The translations under genes and the position numbers were made by a program. A DNA stretch of 64,000 nucleotides, taken from positions 3,639,829 to 3,703,828 of the forward strand of contig JAODIG010000001.1 of the NCBI GenBank assembly GCA_032860995.1. The letters run 5' to 3'. The DNA comes from Chroococcopsis gigantea SAG 12.99. GTDB taxonomy: Bacteria; Cyanobacteriota; Cyanobacteriia; Cyanobacteriales; Microcystaceae. Below are positions 20,945 to 31,463 of this stretch, piece by piece. How positions within the stretch are numbered: position 1 is the first letter of the stretch; the number at the start of each line of letters is the position of its first letter. The notes beneath the pieces are model-generated. The model made no database searches. It had not been told where the DNA came from and saw nothing but the letters and a program-made list of their open reading frames with translations.

Positions 20945-23900
20945 ATGTCTCATCTAGTTGTCAGCCCTAGCTTGCTCCAGCTTTCAAATTATCCAATTAA
21001 GTTGTTGATCTTGGATGATTCGGCTATCGACCGTCAAATCTATATTCGCTACTTACGATCTGGCGATGCCAACTACCATATTCTAGAAGCTGACTCTTTA
21101 AAGAAAGCTTTACAGTTATGGCAAATGCAGAAACCAGACGTAGTGTTACTGGATTTGAACCTGCCCGACGGCAATGGATTAGACTTTTTAGAGAACATTA
21201 GGTCTGATTATCCTAGCGGGCAACTGCCCGTAATCGTCATCACTGGTCAAGCAGACGCGAGAGAGGCAGTTCGAGCGATGAAAATGGGGGCGGCGGACTA
21301 TCAAGTTAAAGAAGATTTAACGAGGGATTCCCTACCCGGGAGCATCAGAAAGGCGAGAGAACGTAGCCGAATTTTCAATGAAAAATTAATCCGCTCGCAA
21401 CAGCGGGCATCCTTGGTGGCAGAAGTGGCCTTGAGGATAAGGCAATCCCTGAATTTGGATGACGTGTTAACAGCGATCGTTCAGGAAGTGAGACAATTTC
21501 TCTCCACCCACAGAGTGCTGGTTTATCAATTTAACGCCGATATGTCCGGTGTAGTAGTAGCCGAGTCAGTGGAAGCGCCCTGGATTTCCTGCCTCAACGC
21601 CGAGATAGTGGACACTTGTTTCCGGGATAATATGGGCGGTGAGTATCGCGAGGGAAGGATTTTTATAGCCGATGATATTTATAAAGCTAACTTGAACCCC
21701 TGTCATCTAGAGTTATTAGAAAAGTTTCAAGTACGAGCCAATCTAGTAGTGCCGATTCTCCTATCTCAAGGCTCAACTAATGTCCTCTGGGGCTTACTCA
21801 TCGCCCATCATTGCGGGGATGTGCCCCGTCACTGGCAAGACGGGGATATGCAACTACTAAGGGAGTTAGCGGTACAATCAGCGATCGCTATCCAGCAAGC
21901 TAAGCTGTATCAAGATTTACAGAATCTCAATAGCTCTTTAGAAGCGCAAGTGGAAGAGCGTACTAAGGCTTTAACCACGAGCGAGAGGAAATACCGGGCT
22001 ATTTTCAATAACGCGATCGTGCTTACAGCAGTTTTAGACCTGAAAGGAACTCTTTTGGAGGTGAATCAAACCGCGCTGACCTTTAAAGGTTTACGGTTAG
22101 AGGAAGTGATCGGTCAACCTTTCTGGCAAACGCCCTGGTGGGATATTTCCGGGGAAGTACGCAATCGTCTCAGAGAGCAAATAGCCCAAACCGCTAAGGG
22201 AGAATCGGTTCGTTCCGAGATAGAAGTATTAGACGGGAGGGGTGAAAGGGTTCCCGTTGATTTCTCCCTGCGCCCTCTCAGGAATGAACGGGGGGAGATA
22301 GTGATGCTCATCGCTGAAGGGCGGGATATTAGAGTCACCAAACAAAACGAAGCTACTTTAAAATTTCAAGCGCAAATTCTCGATCAGATCAACGATGGGG
22401 TTATTTCCACAGATCTTAACGGTATTATTTGCAGCTGGAATCGGGGAGCGGAGAAACTATACGGTTACACCGCAGAAGAAACTATCGGTCAGAATATCTC
22501 TTTCCTTTACGATGACCCTAGAGAATTTTCCACTCAACTTCTAAAACCTATCCTCGAAAAAAATCATCACGAGATAGAATTACGAACGAGATCTAAAACC
22601 GGACAGCTTATTTATGTGAGCCTGCGTCTTTCCACGGTTCGCAACGAACGGGGGGAAGTAACCTGGTTGATCGGTTGTGCCAATGACATCAGCCAACGCA
22701 AACAAGCAGAAATTGCCCTGCGTAATAGCGAAGCAGCACTGCGACGCAGTGAAGAATTTAACCGTTTAGCGGTGGAAGCAAGCCGTATAGGAACTTGGGA
22801 TTTAATCTTACCCGCTAACACCTGCATCATGTCTTCTGGGATGGTGGCTTTAATGGACTATCGTCCACGGCAAACTCAAGTATCGATAAGCCAGTGGCAG
22901 GCTTCCGTAATTACCGAAGATATGCCCCTATTTAAAGCGGCCCTGAAAAAAACGATCGAGGAAAATGTTCCAGTTAATGTGGAATATAGAATTAAACTGC
23001 AGGATGGCAGTATTCGCTGGTTACATTCAAGGGGGGGATTGACCAAGAATGAATTCGGTCAACCGGTACGCATCAGGGGTGCTTCTATTGATATTAGTGA
23101 AAGCAAACAATTGGAGTTGGCCCGCCAAGAAGCGGAAATTCAACTACAACAACTCAATCAAGAACTAGAAGCGATCGTCGGGAAACGAACCGCTCAATTA
23201 CAACAAACGAACGAGGAATTAGCCCGTGCCACCCGCCTCAAGGATGAATTTCTAGCCAACATGAGTCATGAACTGCGAACACCCTTGAACGCGATTTTAG
23301 GATTATCGGAAGCTTTACTAGAAGGGATTATCGGGCCCCTCAACGAACGACAGAAGAAATCGATAGACACGATCGAAAGAAGCGGTGCGCACCTTTTAGA
23401 ACTAATCACCGATATTCTCGATCTAGCCAAGATTTCTTCTGGCAAGATGGAGCTTAATTTAAGCCCTATGCCGGTAGAAAGTCTCTGTGACTCCAGTTTA
23501 GTGATGGTCAAACAACAAGCCTTTCAAAAACACATAACGATTGCTAGCGATATTCCCGAAGGATTAAAATCTATCCTCGTCGATCAGCGGCAGATGCGAC
23601 AGGTGCTGATTAACTTGTTGAGTAACGCCATCAAATTCACACTCCCAGGCGGTCAAGTGAGCTTGAAAGTCGGAGTAGTGGGCGGCGCTACTGGCAGGGG
23701 TTCAGTTTCCATCCCCGATTCCGTCAACCGCCAATACTCATCGCTGATTGTATTTCAAGTGACGGATACGGGTATCGGTATCGCCCCGGAGGATATAGAA
23801 AAGCTATTCGACCCCTTCGTGCAGATAGATAGTAGTTTGAACCGTCAGCAAAACGGCACAGGATTAGGTCTAGCCTTGGTGAAACGAATCACGGAATTAC

Positions 23901-24424
23901 ACGGGGGTAAAATTGTAGTCGAGAGCCAACCCGAACGAGGTAGCACTTTTACCGTGGTTTTGCCTTATAATAACCCCGCCCCACATTCTGTGAATTTACC
24001 ACTAGAAAAGGTAAAGACCTCATCGGCTTACAACAGGGAGAAATCTCCTAACTGCCCGGTGATCTTGTTAGCGGAAGACAACGAAGCTAATATCGTTACC
24101 TTCAGTAACTATCTAATAGCACAGAAGTATAAATTAGTCATCGCTAGAAATGGACTCGAAGCGGTGGCTTTAACCCATTCCCAACAGCCGGATCTAATCT
24201 TGATGGATCTGCAAATGCCGGAAATGGACGGATTTGAGGCGATTAAAACGATACGTGCCGACGAGCGCTTCCATCGTATCCCGATCATCGCTCTTTCCGC
24301 TCTAGCCATGCCAAGCGATCGAGAAAAGTGTCTCGCTAATGGTGCTAACGAGTACCTCAGCAAACCGGTAAGGCTTAGAAAATTAATCGAGGCGATCGAA
24401 CAAATCTTTGAAGCCGGTAAGTAG
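20945..24424 (+). CDS. Hybrid sensor histidine kinase: REC-GAF-PAS x3-HisKA-HATPase-REC
   Basis: The N-terminal receiver has LLDLNLPDGNG. A GAF region and repeated PAS/PAC blocks follow. It has the H-box SHELRTPLN, the G-boxes DTGIGI and GTGLGLA, and a C-terminal receiver (LMDLQMPEMDG). Confidence 0.85.
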   Translation: MSHLVVSPSLLQLSNYPIKLLILDDSAIDRQIYIRYLRSGDANYHILEADSLKKALQLWQMQKPDVVLLDLNLPDGNGLDFLENIRSDYPSGQLPVIVITGQADAREAVRAMKMGAADYQVKEDLTRDSLPGSIRKARERSRIFNEKLIRSQQRASLVAEVALRIRQSLNLDDVLTAIVQEVRQFLSTHRVLVYQFNADMSGVVVAESVEAPWISCLNAEIVDTCFRDNMGGEYREGRIFIADDIYKANLNPCHLELLEKFQVRANLVVPILLSQGSTNVLWGLLIAHHCGDVPRHWQDGDMQLLRELAVQSAIAIQQAKLYQDLQNLNSSLEAQVEERTKALTTSERKYRAIFNNAIVLTAVLDLKGTLLEVNQTALTFKGLRLEEVIGQPFWQTPWWDISGEVRNRLREQIAQTAKGESVRSEIEVLDGRGERVPVDFSLRPLRNERGEIVMLIAEGRDIRVTKQNEATLKFQAQILDQINDGVISTDLNGIICSWNRGAEKLYGYTAEETIGQNISFLYDDPREFSTQLLKPILEKNHHEIELRTRSKTGQLIYVSLRLSTVRNERGEVTWLIGCANDISQRKQAEIALRNSEAALRRSEEFNRLAVEASRIGTWDLILPANTCIMSSGMVALMDYRPRQTQVSISQWQASVITEDMPLFKAALKKTIEENVPVNVEYRIKLQDGSIRWLHSRGGLTKNEFGQPVRIRGASIDISESKQLELARQEAEIQLQQLNQELEAIVGKRTAQLQQTNEELARATRLKDEFLANMSHELRTPLNAILGLSEALLEGIIGPLNERQKKSIDTIERSGAHLLELITDILDLAKISSGKMELNLSPMPVESLCDSSLVMVKQQAFQKHITIASDIPEGLKSILVDQRQMRQVLINLLSNAIKFTLPGGQVSLKVGVVGGATGRGSVSIPDSVNRQYSSLIVFQVTDTGIGIAPEDIEKLFDPFVQIDSSLNRQQNGTGLGLALVKRITELHGGKIVVESQPERGSTFTVVLPYNNPAPHSVNLPLEKVKTSSAYNREKSPNCPVILLAEDNEANIVTFSNYLIAQKYKLVIARNGLEAVALTHSQQPDLILMDLQMPEMDGFEAIKTIRADERFHRIPIIALSALAMPSDREKCLANGANEYLSKPVRLRKLIEAIEQIFEAGK

Positions 24425-24684
24425 GTTTATCATCCCGAATGTGCGTTAAACTAGTTGGGAATGAACAGGTCAATATGAACGATTATTGTCATTCATAATA
24501 GATAACTTTGTTGGCTAATAGAGCATTAATTGCTATTATTAAACGACTCAAAATTCCGCTTGCAAAATTGAATCCACAATACGCTCAAATTTCCCTATAA
24601 AAAATAATTAACTGCCATAGTTTTTAATTTGCGACTGCAATGGTAACTATCGGTTTGTATCAAAATCAACTCATCTTCAACAAA

Positions 24685-26430
24685 ATGTTTTCTATCCTTA
24701 TTGTGGACGACGAACCCTATAACTTTGATGTAATTGAAAATTTCTTAACCCATCCAGATTATCAATTACACTATGTGGCCAGCGGTCAAGAAGCTATCTC
24801 TCAATTAGAAGTATTCGAGCCGGATCTGATCATGCTTGATGTAATGATGCCTAGTATGGATGGGATTATTACCTGCCAGAAGATAAAATCCTTACCTAGA
24901 TGGGAAAAAGTGCCGATTATCGCCGTTACCGCCTTGGCGACAAAAGAATCTCTAGCGCGATGCTTGAGCGCGGGGGCCGATGATTTCATCAGTAAACCGG
25001 TGAATCGTCTGGAGTTACAAGCGAGAGTGCGCTCCATGTTACGTATCCGCGAGCAATATCTACAGCTAAAAGCCTTTAACACCAAATTAGAGCTGACGGT
25101 AAAACAGAGAACGGCTCGATTACGATCGATGATTTTCCAAGACACCTTGACCGGCTTACCGAGTCGCTCGTTTTTATTACATAAACTGGCGGAGTCGATC
25201 AGGAATGGTTATTATTCATTCGCTTTGATCTATCTCGATTGCGATCAATTCAAACTGATTAACGGTTCCTTCGGTCACGCGGTGGGAGATAATCTTTTAT
25301 TGGCCGTGGCGCAACGTCTACGGCAACATTTAGGACAGAACGATTTCCTGGCGAGGGTAGGAGAAGACGAGTTCTGCTTTTTATTGAAAGGCATAAAGAA
25401 CGAAAGCAATTTAGATTCTTTCATCCAAAATTTAATGAAAAGTTTTGCGACACCTTTTTCTGTGGCCAATCGGGATATTTTTCTCACCGTCTCCATGGGA
25501 GCCACTTTAGGAGATAAAGTTTATCGTAAGCCGGAAGAACCTTTACAAGACGCGGATACCGCCATGTATCAGGCGAAATCTCGCGGCAGAGGTAATTATC
25601 AACTTTTTGACCGTCAGATCCATTTGGAGGTATTAAGCCGTTTAACTTTAGAGAACGATTTACAAACTGCCTTGGAACAAGAGCAATTTATCACCTATTA
25701 TCAACCGATCGTCCATTTGGAAACGAGAAAGGTAGTGGGGTTTGAAGCCTTGATCCGCTGGCAACATCCCAGGCGAGGTTTAGTTATGCCGGTGGACTTC
25801 ATCGGTTCTCTAGAAATGACGGGGGCAATTATTCCCGTGGGGATGATAATACTAAGACAGGCCTGTCAACAACTATGGCTCTGGCAGGAACAAACCCACA
25901 ATAATCTTTTCATGAGCGTGAATCTCTCGGTGCGACAGTTCGCCTGTCCCACTCTAGTGGGTGATATTAAACGGATATTGAAGGAAACCGGTATCAATCC
26001 GGCCCAACTGAAACTAGAAATCACGGAAACGACGCTCATGGAAAATAAAGAAAACGTCCTCGCCGTGATTGAAGAGTTAAGGAAAGAGCTGATTCAAATT
26101 TCTCTAGATGATTTCGGTACGGGATTTTCTTCTCTAGGTTCTCTTGAGCTTCTCCCCGTGAATAATCTCAAGATCGATCGTTCTTTCGTCAATAAAGTTA
26201 ACGGTAAAAGCGGTGGTCATCACGTTCTCGAAGCTATAATCGCCATGAGTCAAGATTTGGGTCTATTAATCATCGCCGAGGGAGTGGAAACCACAGACCA
26301 GCTCGAATGGCTTAAAAAAACCGGTTGTCAATTCGGACAAGGTTATTTATTTTCTAAACCTCTACCCCCATCGGAAATTGAATCTCTCTTTTTGAGGAAG
26401 CAAGAATTAGAACTGAAAAAGTCTAATTAG
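24685..26430 (+). CDS. Response regulator REC-GGDEF(degenerate GEDEF)-EAL
   Basis: The start was trimmed to MFSILIVDDEP. The receiver Asp is in MLDVMMPSMDG. The GGDEF-domain A-site reads GEDEF (25360-25374). The EAL domain has EALIRW and the later DDFGTG motif. Confidence 0.85.
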   Translation: MFSILIVDDEPYNFDVIENFLTHPDYQLHYVASGQEAISQLEVFEPDLIMLDVMMPSMDGIITCQKIKSLPRWEKVPIIAVTALATKESLARCLSAGADDFISKPVNRLELQARVRSMLRIREQYLQLKAFNTKLELTVKQRTARLRSMIFQDTLTGLPSRSFLLHKLAESIRNGYYSFALIYLDCDQFKLINGSFGHAVGDNLLLAVAQRLRQHLGQNDFLARVGEDEFCFLLKGIKNESNLDSFIQNLMKSFATPFSVANRDIFLTVSMGATLGDKVYRKPEEPLQDADTAMYQAKSRGRGNYQLFDRQIHLEVLSRLTLENDLQTALEQEQFITYYQPIVHLETRKVVGFEALIRWQHPRRGLVMPVDFIGSLEMTGAIIPVGMIILRQACQQLWLWQEQTHNNLFMSVNLSVRQFACPTLVGDIKRILKETGINPAQLKLEITETTLMENKENVLAVIEELRKELIQISLDDFGTGFSSLGSLELLPVNNLKIDRSFVNKVNGKSGGHHVLEAIIAMSQDLGLLIIAEGVETTDQLEWLKKTGCQFGQGYLFSKPLPPSEIESLFLRKQELELKKSN

Positions 26431-26481
26431 ATATATCGCACACCTTTACAATTAAAAGAGCGACTGGGAGAGGTTTTTTAA

Positions 26482-27417
26482 ATGGCTACAGGCATGATGA
26501 TCGAGGGCAAATGGATTAACGAAACCTACAAACTCGACGAGAAGGGCCGCTTCATGCGTACACCCACCAGTTTCCGTCGTCGCGTTACCAGTGATGGCAG
26601 TAGTGAATTTACACCCGACTTCGATCGCTATCACCTGTATGTTTCCTATGCCTGCCCCTGGGCGCACCGAACTTTAATCATGCGTCAATTGAAGGGTCTA
26701 CAAGACGCTATTTCTATTTCCGTGGTCAGCCCTTTAATGCTAGACGATGGCTGGAGTTTCGAGCCTTTCCCCGACATAATACCGGATACTATCAACGGCG
26801 TTACTTATTTAAGAGATATTTACTCTAGCGCCGATCATCAATACACGGGGAGAGTAACAGTACCGATCCTCTGGGATAAGAAAACGGGTACGATCGTTAA
26901 TAACGAATCGCGAGAAATTATCCGTATGCTCGATCACGAGTTTAATGGGATAGCCCAGAATAAAACCGATTTTTGTCCCGAAGAATTACGGGAAAGCGTC
27001 GATGAAACGATCGAGAAAATTTATCAACCTATAAATAATGGCGTTTATCGGGCCGGGTTCGCCCAATCCCAGGAAGCCTACGAAGAAGCGATCGAGCAAC
27101 TGTTTTCGGCTTTAGATTATTGGGATAATATCCTCAGTCAAAAAGCCTATTTGTGCGGCGAACAACTCACGGAAGCCGATGTGTGTTTATTCACTACCCT
27201 GCTCAGATTCGACCCGGTTTATTACGGATTTTTTAAATGTAATCTGCGTCATATTTGGGATTACGACAACTTGTGGCGTTATTTAAAAGTTATTTATCAT
27301 TACGGCGGGATTAAAGAAACTTGTAATATGACCCATATCAAACATCATTACTATAGAAGTCATCCCCAAATTAACCCCAGCGGCATAGTACCAGTAGGGC
27401 CGATTTTTAACTTATGA
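26482..27417 (+). CDS. Glutathionyl-hydroquinone reductase / omega-class GST (YqjG/ECM4 type)
   Basis: It has the CPWAHR active-site motif and Xi/omega-class size and layout. ATG 26482 follows GGGAGAGG. Confidence 0.75.
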   Translation: MATGMMIEGKWINETYKLDEKGRFMRTPTSFRRRVTSDGSSEFTPDFDRYHLYVSYACPWAHRTLIMRQLKGLQDAISISVVSPLMLDDGWSFEPFPDIIPDTINGVTYLRDIYSSADHQYTGRVTVPILWDKKTGTIVNNESREIIRMLDHEFNGIAQNKTDFCPEELRESVDETIEKIYQPINNGVYRAGFAQSQEAYEEAIEQLFSALDYWDNILSQKAYLCGEQLTEADVCLFTTLLRFDPVYYGFFKCNLRHIWDYDNLWRYLKVIYHYGGIKETCNMTHIKHHYYRSHPQINPSGIVPVGPIFNL

Positions 27418-28133
27418 AACTCGGTAAGGTTTATCTATTGGGGGCGGGGATAGGCGGTAAAGATTATCTGACCATACAAGCCGCTAAAATTCTCTCTAGG
27501 GCATCCGTTTTAATCTATGATGCTTTAGTGGATGGAGAGTTATTAGAATTAGTTGCCGATGACTGTTTACGAATTGATGTAGGTAAGCGGGGGGGTTTAC
27601 CCAGTACCGACCAAGAAACAATCAACGAACTGTTAGTGCGTTATTGCCGAGAAGGGAAAAGGGTAGTGAGGTTAAAAAGTGGAGACCCTGGAGTTTTCGG
27701 CCGTATATATCCAGAGATATTATCTCTACAAGAGGCTAACTGTGATTACGAACTTATACCAGGTATCTCTTCGGCTTTGGCCGCACCTCTATTGACGGGT
27801 ATTCCCCTCACGGAAAAGGATATAAGTAGAGGTTTCACCGTTATCAGCGGTCATGAACCTCAATCCATGGATTGGGAAAGCTTGACGAAGATGGATACAT
27901 TGGTGATTCTCATGGGGGGTAGGTCATTGCGCTCCATAATCGATCGCTTGCGAATGTACGGGCGCGATGGGGAAGAATCGATCGCTATTATCCGTCACTG
28001 CGGTCGTCTTGAACAACAGGTTTGGAAAGGAACGTTAAAAGATATAGTAGAAAAAACTGCTCAAATTTCCCTATCTCCTTGCGTTATTATTATCGGTCAA
28101 GTCGTAAGTTTATGTCCTCCCAACTCCCCCTAG
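27414..28133 (+). CDS. cobA: Uroporphyrinogen-III C-methyltransferase
   Basis: Motifs seen are VYLLGAGIGG.DYLT, VLIYDALV, RLKSGDP.VFGR and IPGISS. The start overlaps the stop of the upstream gene as ATGA. Confidence 0.85.
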   Translation: MKLGKVYLLGAGIGGKDYLTIQAAKILSRASVLIYDALVDGELLELVADDCLRIDVGKRGGLPSTDQETINELLVRYCREGKRVVRLKSGDPGVFGRIYPEILSLQEANCDYELIPGISSALAAPLLTGIPLTEKDISRGFTVISGHEPQSMDWESLTKMDTLVILMGGRSLRSIIDRLRMYGRDGEESIAIIRHCGRLEQQVWKGTLKDIVEKTAQISLSPCVIIIGQVVSLCPPNSP

Positions 28134-28900
28134 AAAACATCACCATCATAGTAACTCGCGCCGCCGACCAATCGAGTCAATTTACTTTTCTACTGCAACA
28201 ACAGGGGGCGAAAGTAATCGAAGTACCCGCGCTGGAAATCGGGCCCCCCTCCACTTGGCAGCCTTTAGACGCAGCGATTACAGAGTTAGATAATTTTGAT
28301 TGGCTGATTCTCACTTCCGCCAATGGTGTCGATTCTTTTTACCATCGCCTCGTTAAGTCTCAAAAAACCTCGCAAGATTTAGGAGGTTTAAAAATAGCCG
28401 TGGTGGGAAAGAAAACCGCCGCCACTTTAGAAAAATACTCCCTGAAAGCGGATTTTATCCCTCCCAACTACATAGCCGACGCTTTAATCTCTAACTTTCC
28501 CGAAGAGATAGCTGGCAAAAAAATATTATTTCCACGGGTAGAAACGGGAGGCAGAGAAGTATTAGTAAAAGAATTAACCGCCGCAGGGGCAAAAATTATA
28601 GAAGTAGCGGCCTATGAATCAGGATGCCCACAAAAAATAGACCCCGAAGCTTGGCTGACCCTACAAAGAAATGAAGTCCATATTATTACCTTTGCTAGTT
28701 CCAAAACCGTACAAAACTTTCACACTTTAATACAAAAAGAAAATCCTCAATTCACGCTGACGGGCATAGCTATAGGCTCGATCGGCCCGCAAACTTCTAA
28801 AACCTGTCAAGAATTATTCGGACGAGTAGATATAGAAGCGGGGGAATACACCTTAGAAGGCTTAACTGCCGCCCTGATAAATTGGGTAAATAAAAAATAA
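28112..28900 (+). CDS. hemD: Uroporphyrinogen-III synthase
   Basis: HemD-like features are ITIIVTRAADQ, WLILTSANGV and ITFASSKTV. The start was trimmed to ATG 28112, which overlaps the 3' end of cobA by 22 nt in another frame. Confidence 0.75.
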   Translation: MSSQLPLENITIIVTRAADQSSQFTFLLQQQGAKVIEVPALEIGPPSTWQPLDAAITELDNFDWLILTSANGVDSFYHRLVKSQKTSQDLGGLKIAVVGKKTAATLEKYSLKADFIPPNYIADALISNFPEEIAGKKILFPRVETGGREVLVKELTAAGAKIIEVAAYESGCPQKIDPEAWLTLQRNEVHIITFASSKTVQNFHTLIQKENPQFTLTGIAIGSIGPQTSKTCQELFGRVDIEAGEYTLEGLTAALINWVNKK

Positions 28901-28902
28901 GT

Positions 28903-29991
28903 TCAACGATTATATAATTCGCCTAAAGGTAACTGAACTTGATAGGACTGTCCTTGTAACTTTAAATGTTCATAAGCTAACTCGGTTGCTACTCTACCCC
29001 TGGAAGTGCGATTGAGAAAACCTATTTGTAATAAATAAGGTTCGTACACATCCTCGATCGTGCGACTATCTTCTCCTGTAGCTGCGGCGATCGATTCAAT
29101 GCCTACCGGCCCGCCTTTAAACTGTTGGATGATAGCACCCAAAACTAACCTATCCGTCCAATCCAACCCCATCTTATCTACATTTAACTTATCCAAGGCT
29201 TCATCGGCTAACTTTCCTGTGATTATCTTTTTACCTTTTACTTGGATATAATCGCGAACCCTCTTTAAAAGTCGGTTAGCGATTCTCGGTGTGCCTCTCG
29301 AACGTTTGGCGATTTCCTCACAGCCACTTTCATCGATTTTCACGTTAATAATCTTGCTCGTTCTTTCAATGATCTTACTCAATTCTGCCGGGGTATAAAA
29401 ACGCAATCTTTGAATCAGTCCGAATCTATCGCGCAGAGGCGAAGTTAAAGATCCGACTTTAGTAGTAGCACCGATTAAAGTAAATTTGGGTAAGGAAATA
29501 CTGCGAATTTTTGCACTCTGCCCCTTGCCGATAGTGACATCGAGGCGATAATCTTCCATCGCCGGATACAGCAATTCCTCTGTCATGCGATTGAGGCGGT
29601 GTATCTCATCGATAAAAAGTATATCCCCCGGCTGTAAACCTATTAACAAGCCGGTTATGTCCCTCGGTCTTTCTAGGGCGGGCGCGGCGGTGATTTTACA
29701 TTTAACACCCATTTCGGCGGCGAGAATTAAAGACATAGTTGTTTTTCCCAACCCTGGAGGGCCATATAATAACAGATGGTCTAGGGCTTCTCCTCTGGCT
29801 TTGGCGGCGGCGATGGTAATTTTGAGCGTGTCTTTTAAATCTTCTTGACCGATGTAGTCGTCTAGAGATGCGGGGCGGATCGAGTCTTCCGCGCTTTCTG
29901 TCTCGGCGGCGGCTAGTTTAACGTCTAGAAGATTGTCAGCCGGGGAGTCGTCTTGGTTGGGGGTGACGGAGTTCGATCGATTTAGTGCCAT
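28903..29991 (-). CDS. ruvB: Holliday junction branch migration DNA helicase RuvB
   Basis: It has Walker [17 protein letters not shown], and the [11 protein letters not shown] sensor region. Confidence 0.95.
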   Translation of the reverse strand: MALNRSNSVTPNQDDSPADNLLDVKLAAAETESAEDSIRPASLDDYIGQEDLKDTLKITIAAAKARGEALDHLLLYGPPGLGKTTMSLILAAEMGVKCKITAAPALERPRDITGLLIGLQPGDILFIDEIHRLNRMTEELLYPAMEDYRLDVTIGKGQSAKIRSISLPKFTLIGATTKVGSLTSPLRDRFGLIQRLRFYTPAELSKIIERTSKIINVKIDESGCEEIAKRSRGTPRIANRLLKRVRDYIQVKGKKIITGKLADEALDKLNVDKMGLDWTDRLVLGAIIQQFKGGPVGIESIAAATGEDSRTIEDVYEPYLLQIGFLNRTSRGRVATELAYEHLKLQGQSYQVQLPLGELYNR

Positions 29992-30012
29992 TATGATTGG
30001 GAGTGTGGGTGT

Positions 30013-30786
30013 ATGTTAGCGAAACGGATTCTACCTTGTTTAGATGTTAAGGGCGGGCGAGTGGTCAAGGGGGTGAATTTCGTCGATCTCCGGGATGCGG
30101 GCGACCCGGTAGAGTTGGCGCGCCTTTATAATGAAGCGGGGGCTGATGAATTGGTGTTTTTGGATATTACGGCCACCAGTGAAGATCGCGACACTATTAT
30201 AGATGTAGTCTATCGCACGGCGGAACAAGTGTTTATTCCTTTGACGGTGGGCGGCGGTATTCAATCCTTAGAGAATATTAAAAATTTGTTAAGAGCCGGG
30301 GCGGATAAGGTGAGTCTTAATTCGGCGGCGGTGCGGAATCCCGATTTAATTAATGAGGCGGCCGATCGCTTCGGGAAACAGTGTATCGTGGTGGCTATAG
30401 ACGCAAGAAGGCGTGAGGATAAGGATAATCCGGGTTGGGACGTGTATGTTAAGGGTGGCAGGGAAAATACGGGGATTGACGCAATTTTTTGGGCCCGAGA
30501 TGTGGTGCGTCGGGGCGCAGGTGAGTTATTGATAACCAGTATGGACGCGGATGGCACTCAGGCAGGGTACGATCTGCAGTTAACGAGAACGATCGCTGAT
30601 ATGGTGGAAATTCCCGTGATCGCGTCCGGGGGTGCGGGCAATTGTCAGCACATCTACGAAGCTTTGACCGAGGGCAGGGCGGAAGCCGCTTTATTAGCTT
30701 CCCTCTTACACTACGGGCAGTTAACGATCGCTGAAGTTAAGCAATATTTACGGGGTCATGGGGTAGCGATTCGAGAAATTGATTAG
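30013..30786 (+). CDS. hisF: Imidazole glycerol phosphate synthase cyclase subunit HisF
   Basis: Motifs seen are [29 protein letters not shown] and ASGGAG. Confidence 0.95.
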   Translation: MLAKRILPCLDVKGGRVVKGVNFVDLRDAGDPVELARLYNEAGADELVFLDITATSEDRDTIIDVVYRTAEQVFIPLTVGGGIQSLENIKNLLRAGADKVSLNSAAVRNPDLINEAADRFGKQCIVVAIDARRREDKDNPGWDVYVKGGRENTGIDAIFWARDVVRRGAGELLITSMDADGTQAGYDLQLTRTIADMVEIPVIASGGAGNCQHIYEALTEGRAEAALLASLLHYGQLTIAEVKQYLRGHGVAIREID

Positions 30787-30923
30787 TTTTTTTAAAGGAT
30801 GTAATTAAATTTACTGACTCATATCCCTAGAAACCAGTACCATTGAGAGTTGCGCCTCAATAAATAATTTTTGCGCTTCATAAATATGTATTAGAATAGA
30901 GAAAACTTAATATTTTTTAAAAT

Positions 30924-31124
30924 ATGTTGATACCAATTCTCATATTTGACGTGGCGCTGGTAGCCTGGTCATTACATCTAATGCAGGAAGCTTTTAAGAG
31001 TCAGGAATTCTCCCTGATGCTGGCCGGTACGCTGGTAGCTCTAGCTGCGGCGGCGATGATGGTTGTGTATTTCCTGATGGGTCACTGCCTCACTTACCTG
31101 ACTCAGATTCCCTATCATGTTTAA
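30924..31124 (+). CDS. Possible small two-TM membrane protein (66 aa)
   Basis: The ORF has two hydrophobic helices. I recognise no family and coding status is uncertain. Confidence 0.3.
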   Translation: MLIPILIFDVALVAWSLHLMQEAFKSQEFSLMLAGTLVALAAAAMMVVYFLMGHCLTYLTQIPYHV

Positions 31125-31153
31125 GAATTGATAAAATTTTTAACAAAATTTTA

Positions 31154-31183
31154 TTGACAAATCTGGGTTCTATACGATACATT
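31154..31183 (+). promoter_or_regulatory. Candidate promoter for tRNA-Ala
   Basis: TTGACA (31154-31159), an 18-nt spacer, then TACATT (31178-31183). It lies about 20 nt upstream of the tRNA 5' end. Confidence 0.3.
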
Positions 31184-31204
31184 TAAAAATAGTCTTGTTT
31201 GCAA

Positions 31205-31277
31205 GGGGCTATAGCTCAGTTGGTAGAGCACTTCAATGGCATTGAAGGGTCCAGCGGTTCGAATCCGCTTAGCTCCA
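31205..31277 (+). tRNA. tRNA-Ala (anticodon GGC), CCA not encoded
   Basis: I folded a 73-nt cloverleaf by hand. The acceptor stem is GGGGCTA/TAGCTCC with the G3:U70 alanine identity pair. The D arm is GCTC/GAGC. The anticodon stem is CTTCA/TGAAG with loop AT-GGC-AT. The T arm is AGCGG-TTCGAAT-CCGCT and the discriminator is A. Confidence 0.95.
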
Positions 31278-31413
31278 TCCCGGCATCTTCAGTATAAATT
31301 CATTTTTATAGTTGCAGTTGACAATACACTTGCGACTTTAGGGAAAAATGCCGATAACTTAGAATGATCCTCGAATATATACTATCTAAAACTAATCGAT
31401 CGTGTCAATGATA

Positions 31414-31438
31414 AAAAGGGAGGTATGGCCTCCCTTTT
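31414..31438. terminator. Bidirectional intrinsic terminator (ends the chpY operon; possibly also the tRNA transcript)
   Basis: A perfect 10-bp stem, AAAAGGGAGG (31414-31423) and CCTCCCTTTT (31429-31438), with loop TATGG. A/T runs sit on both sides. Confidence 0.75.
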
Positions 31439-31463
31439 CAAACTTAATCGCTAGAGAAAACCC

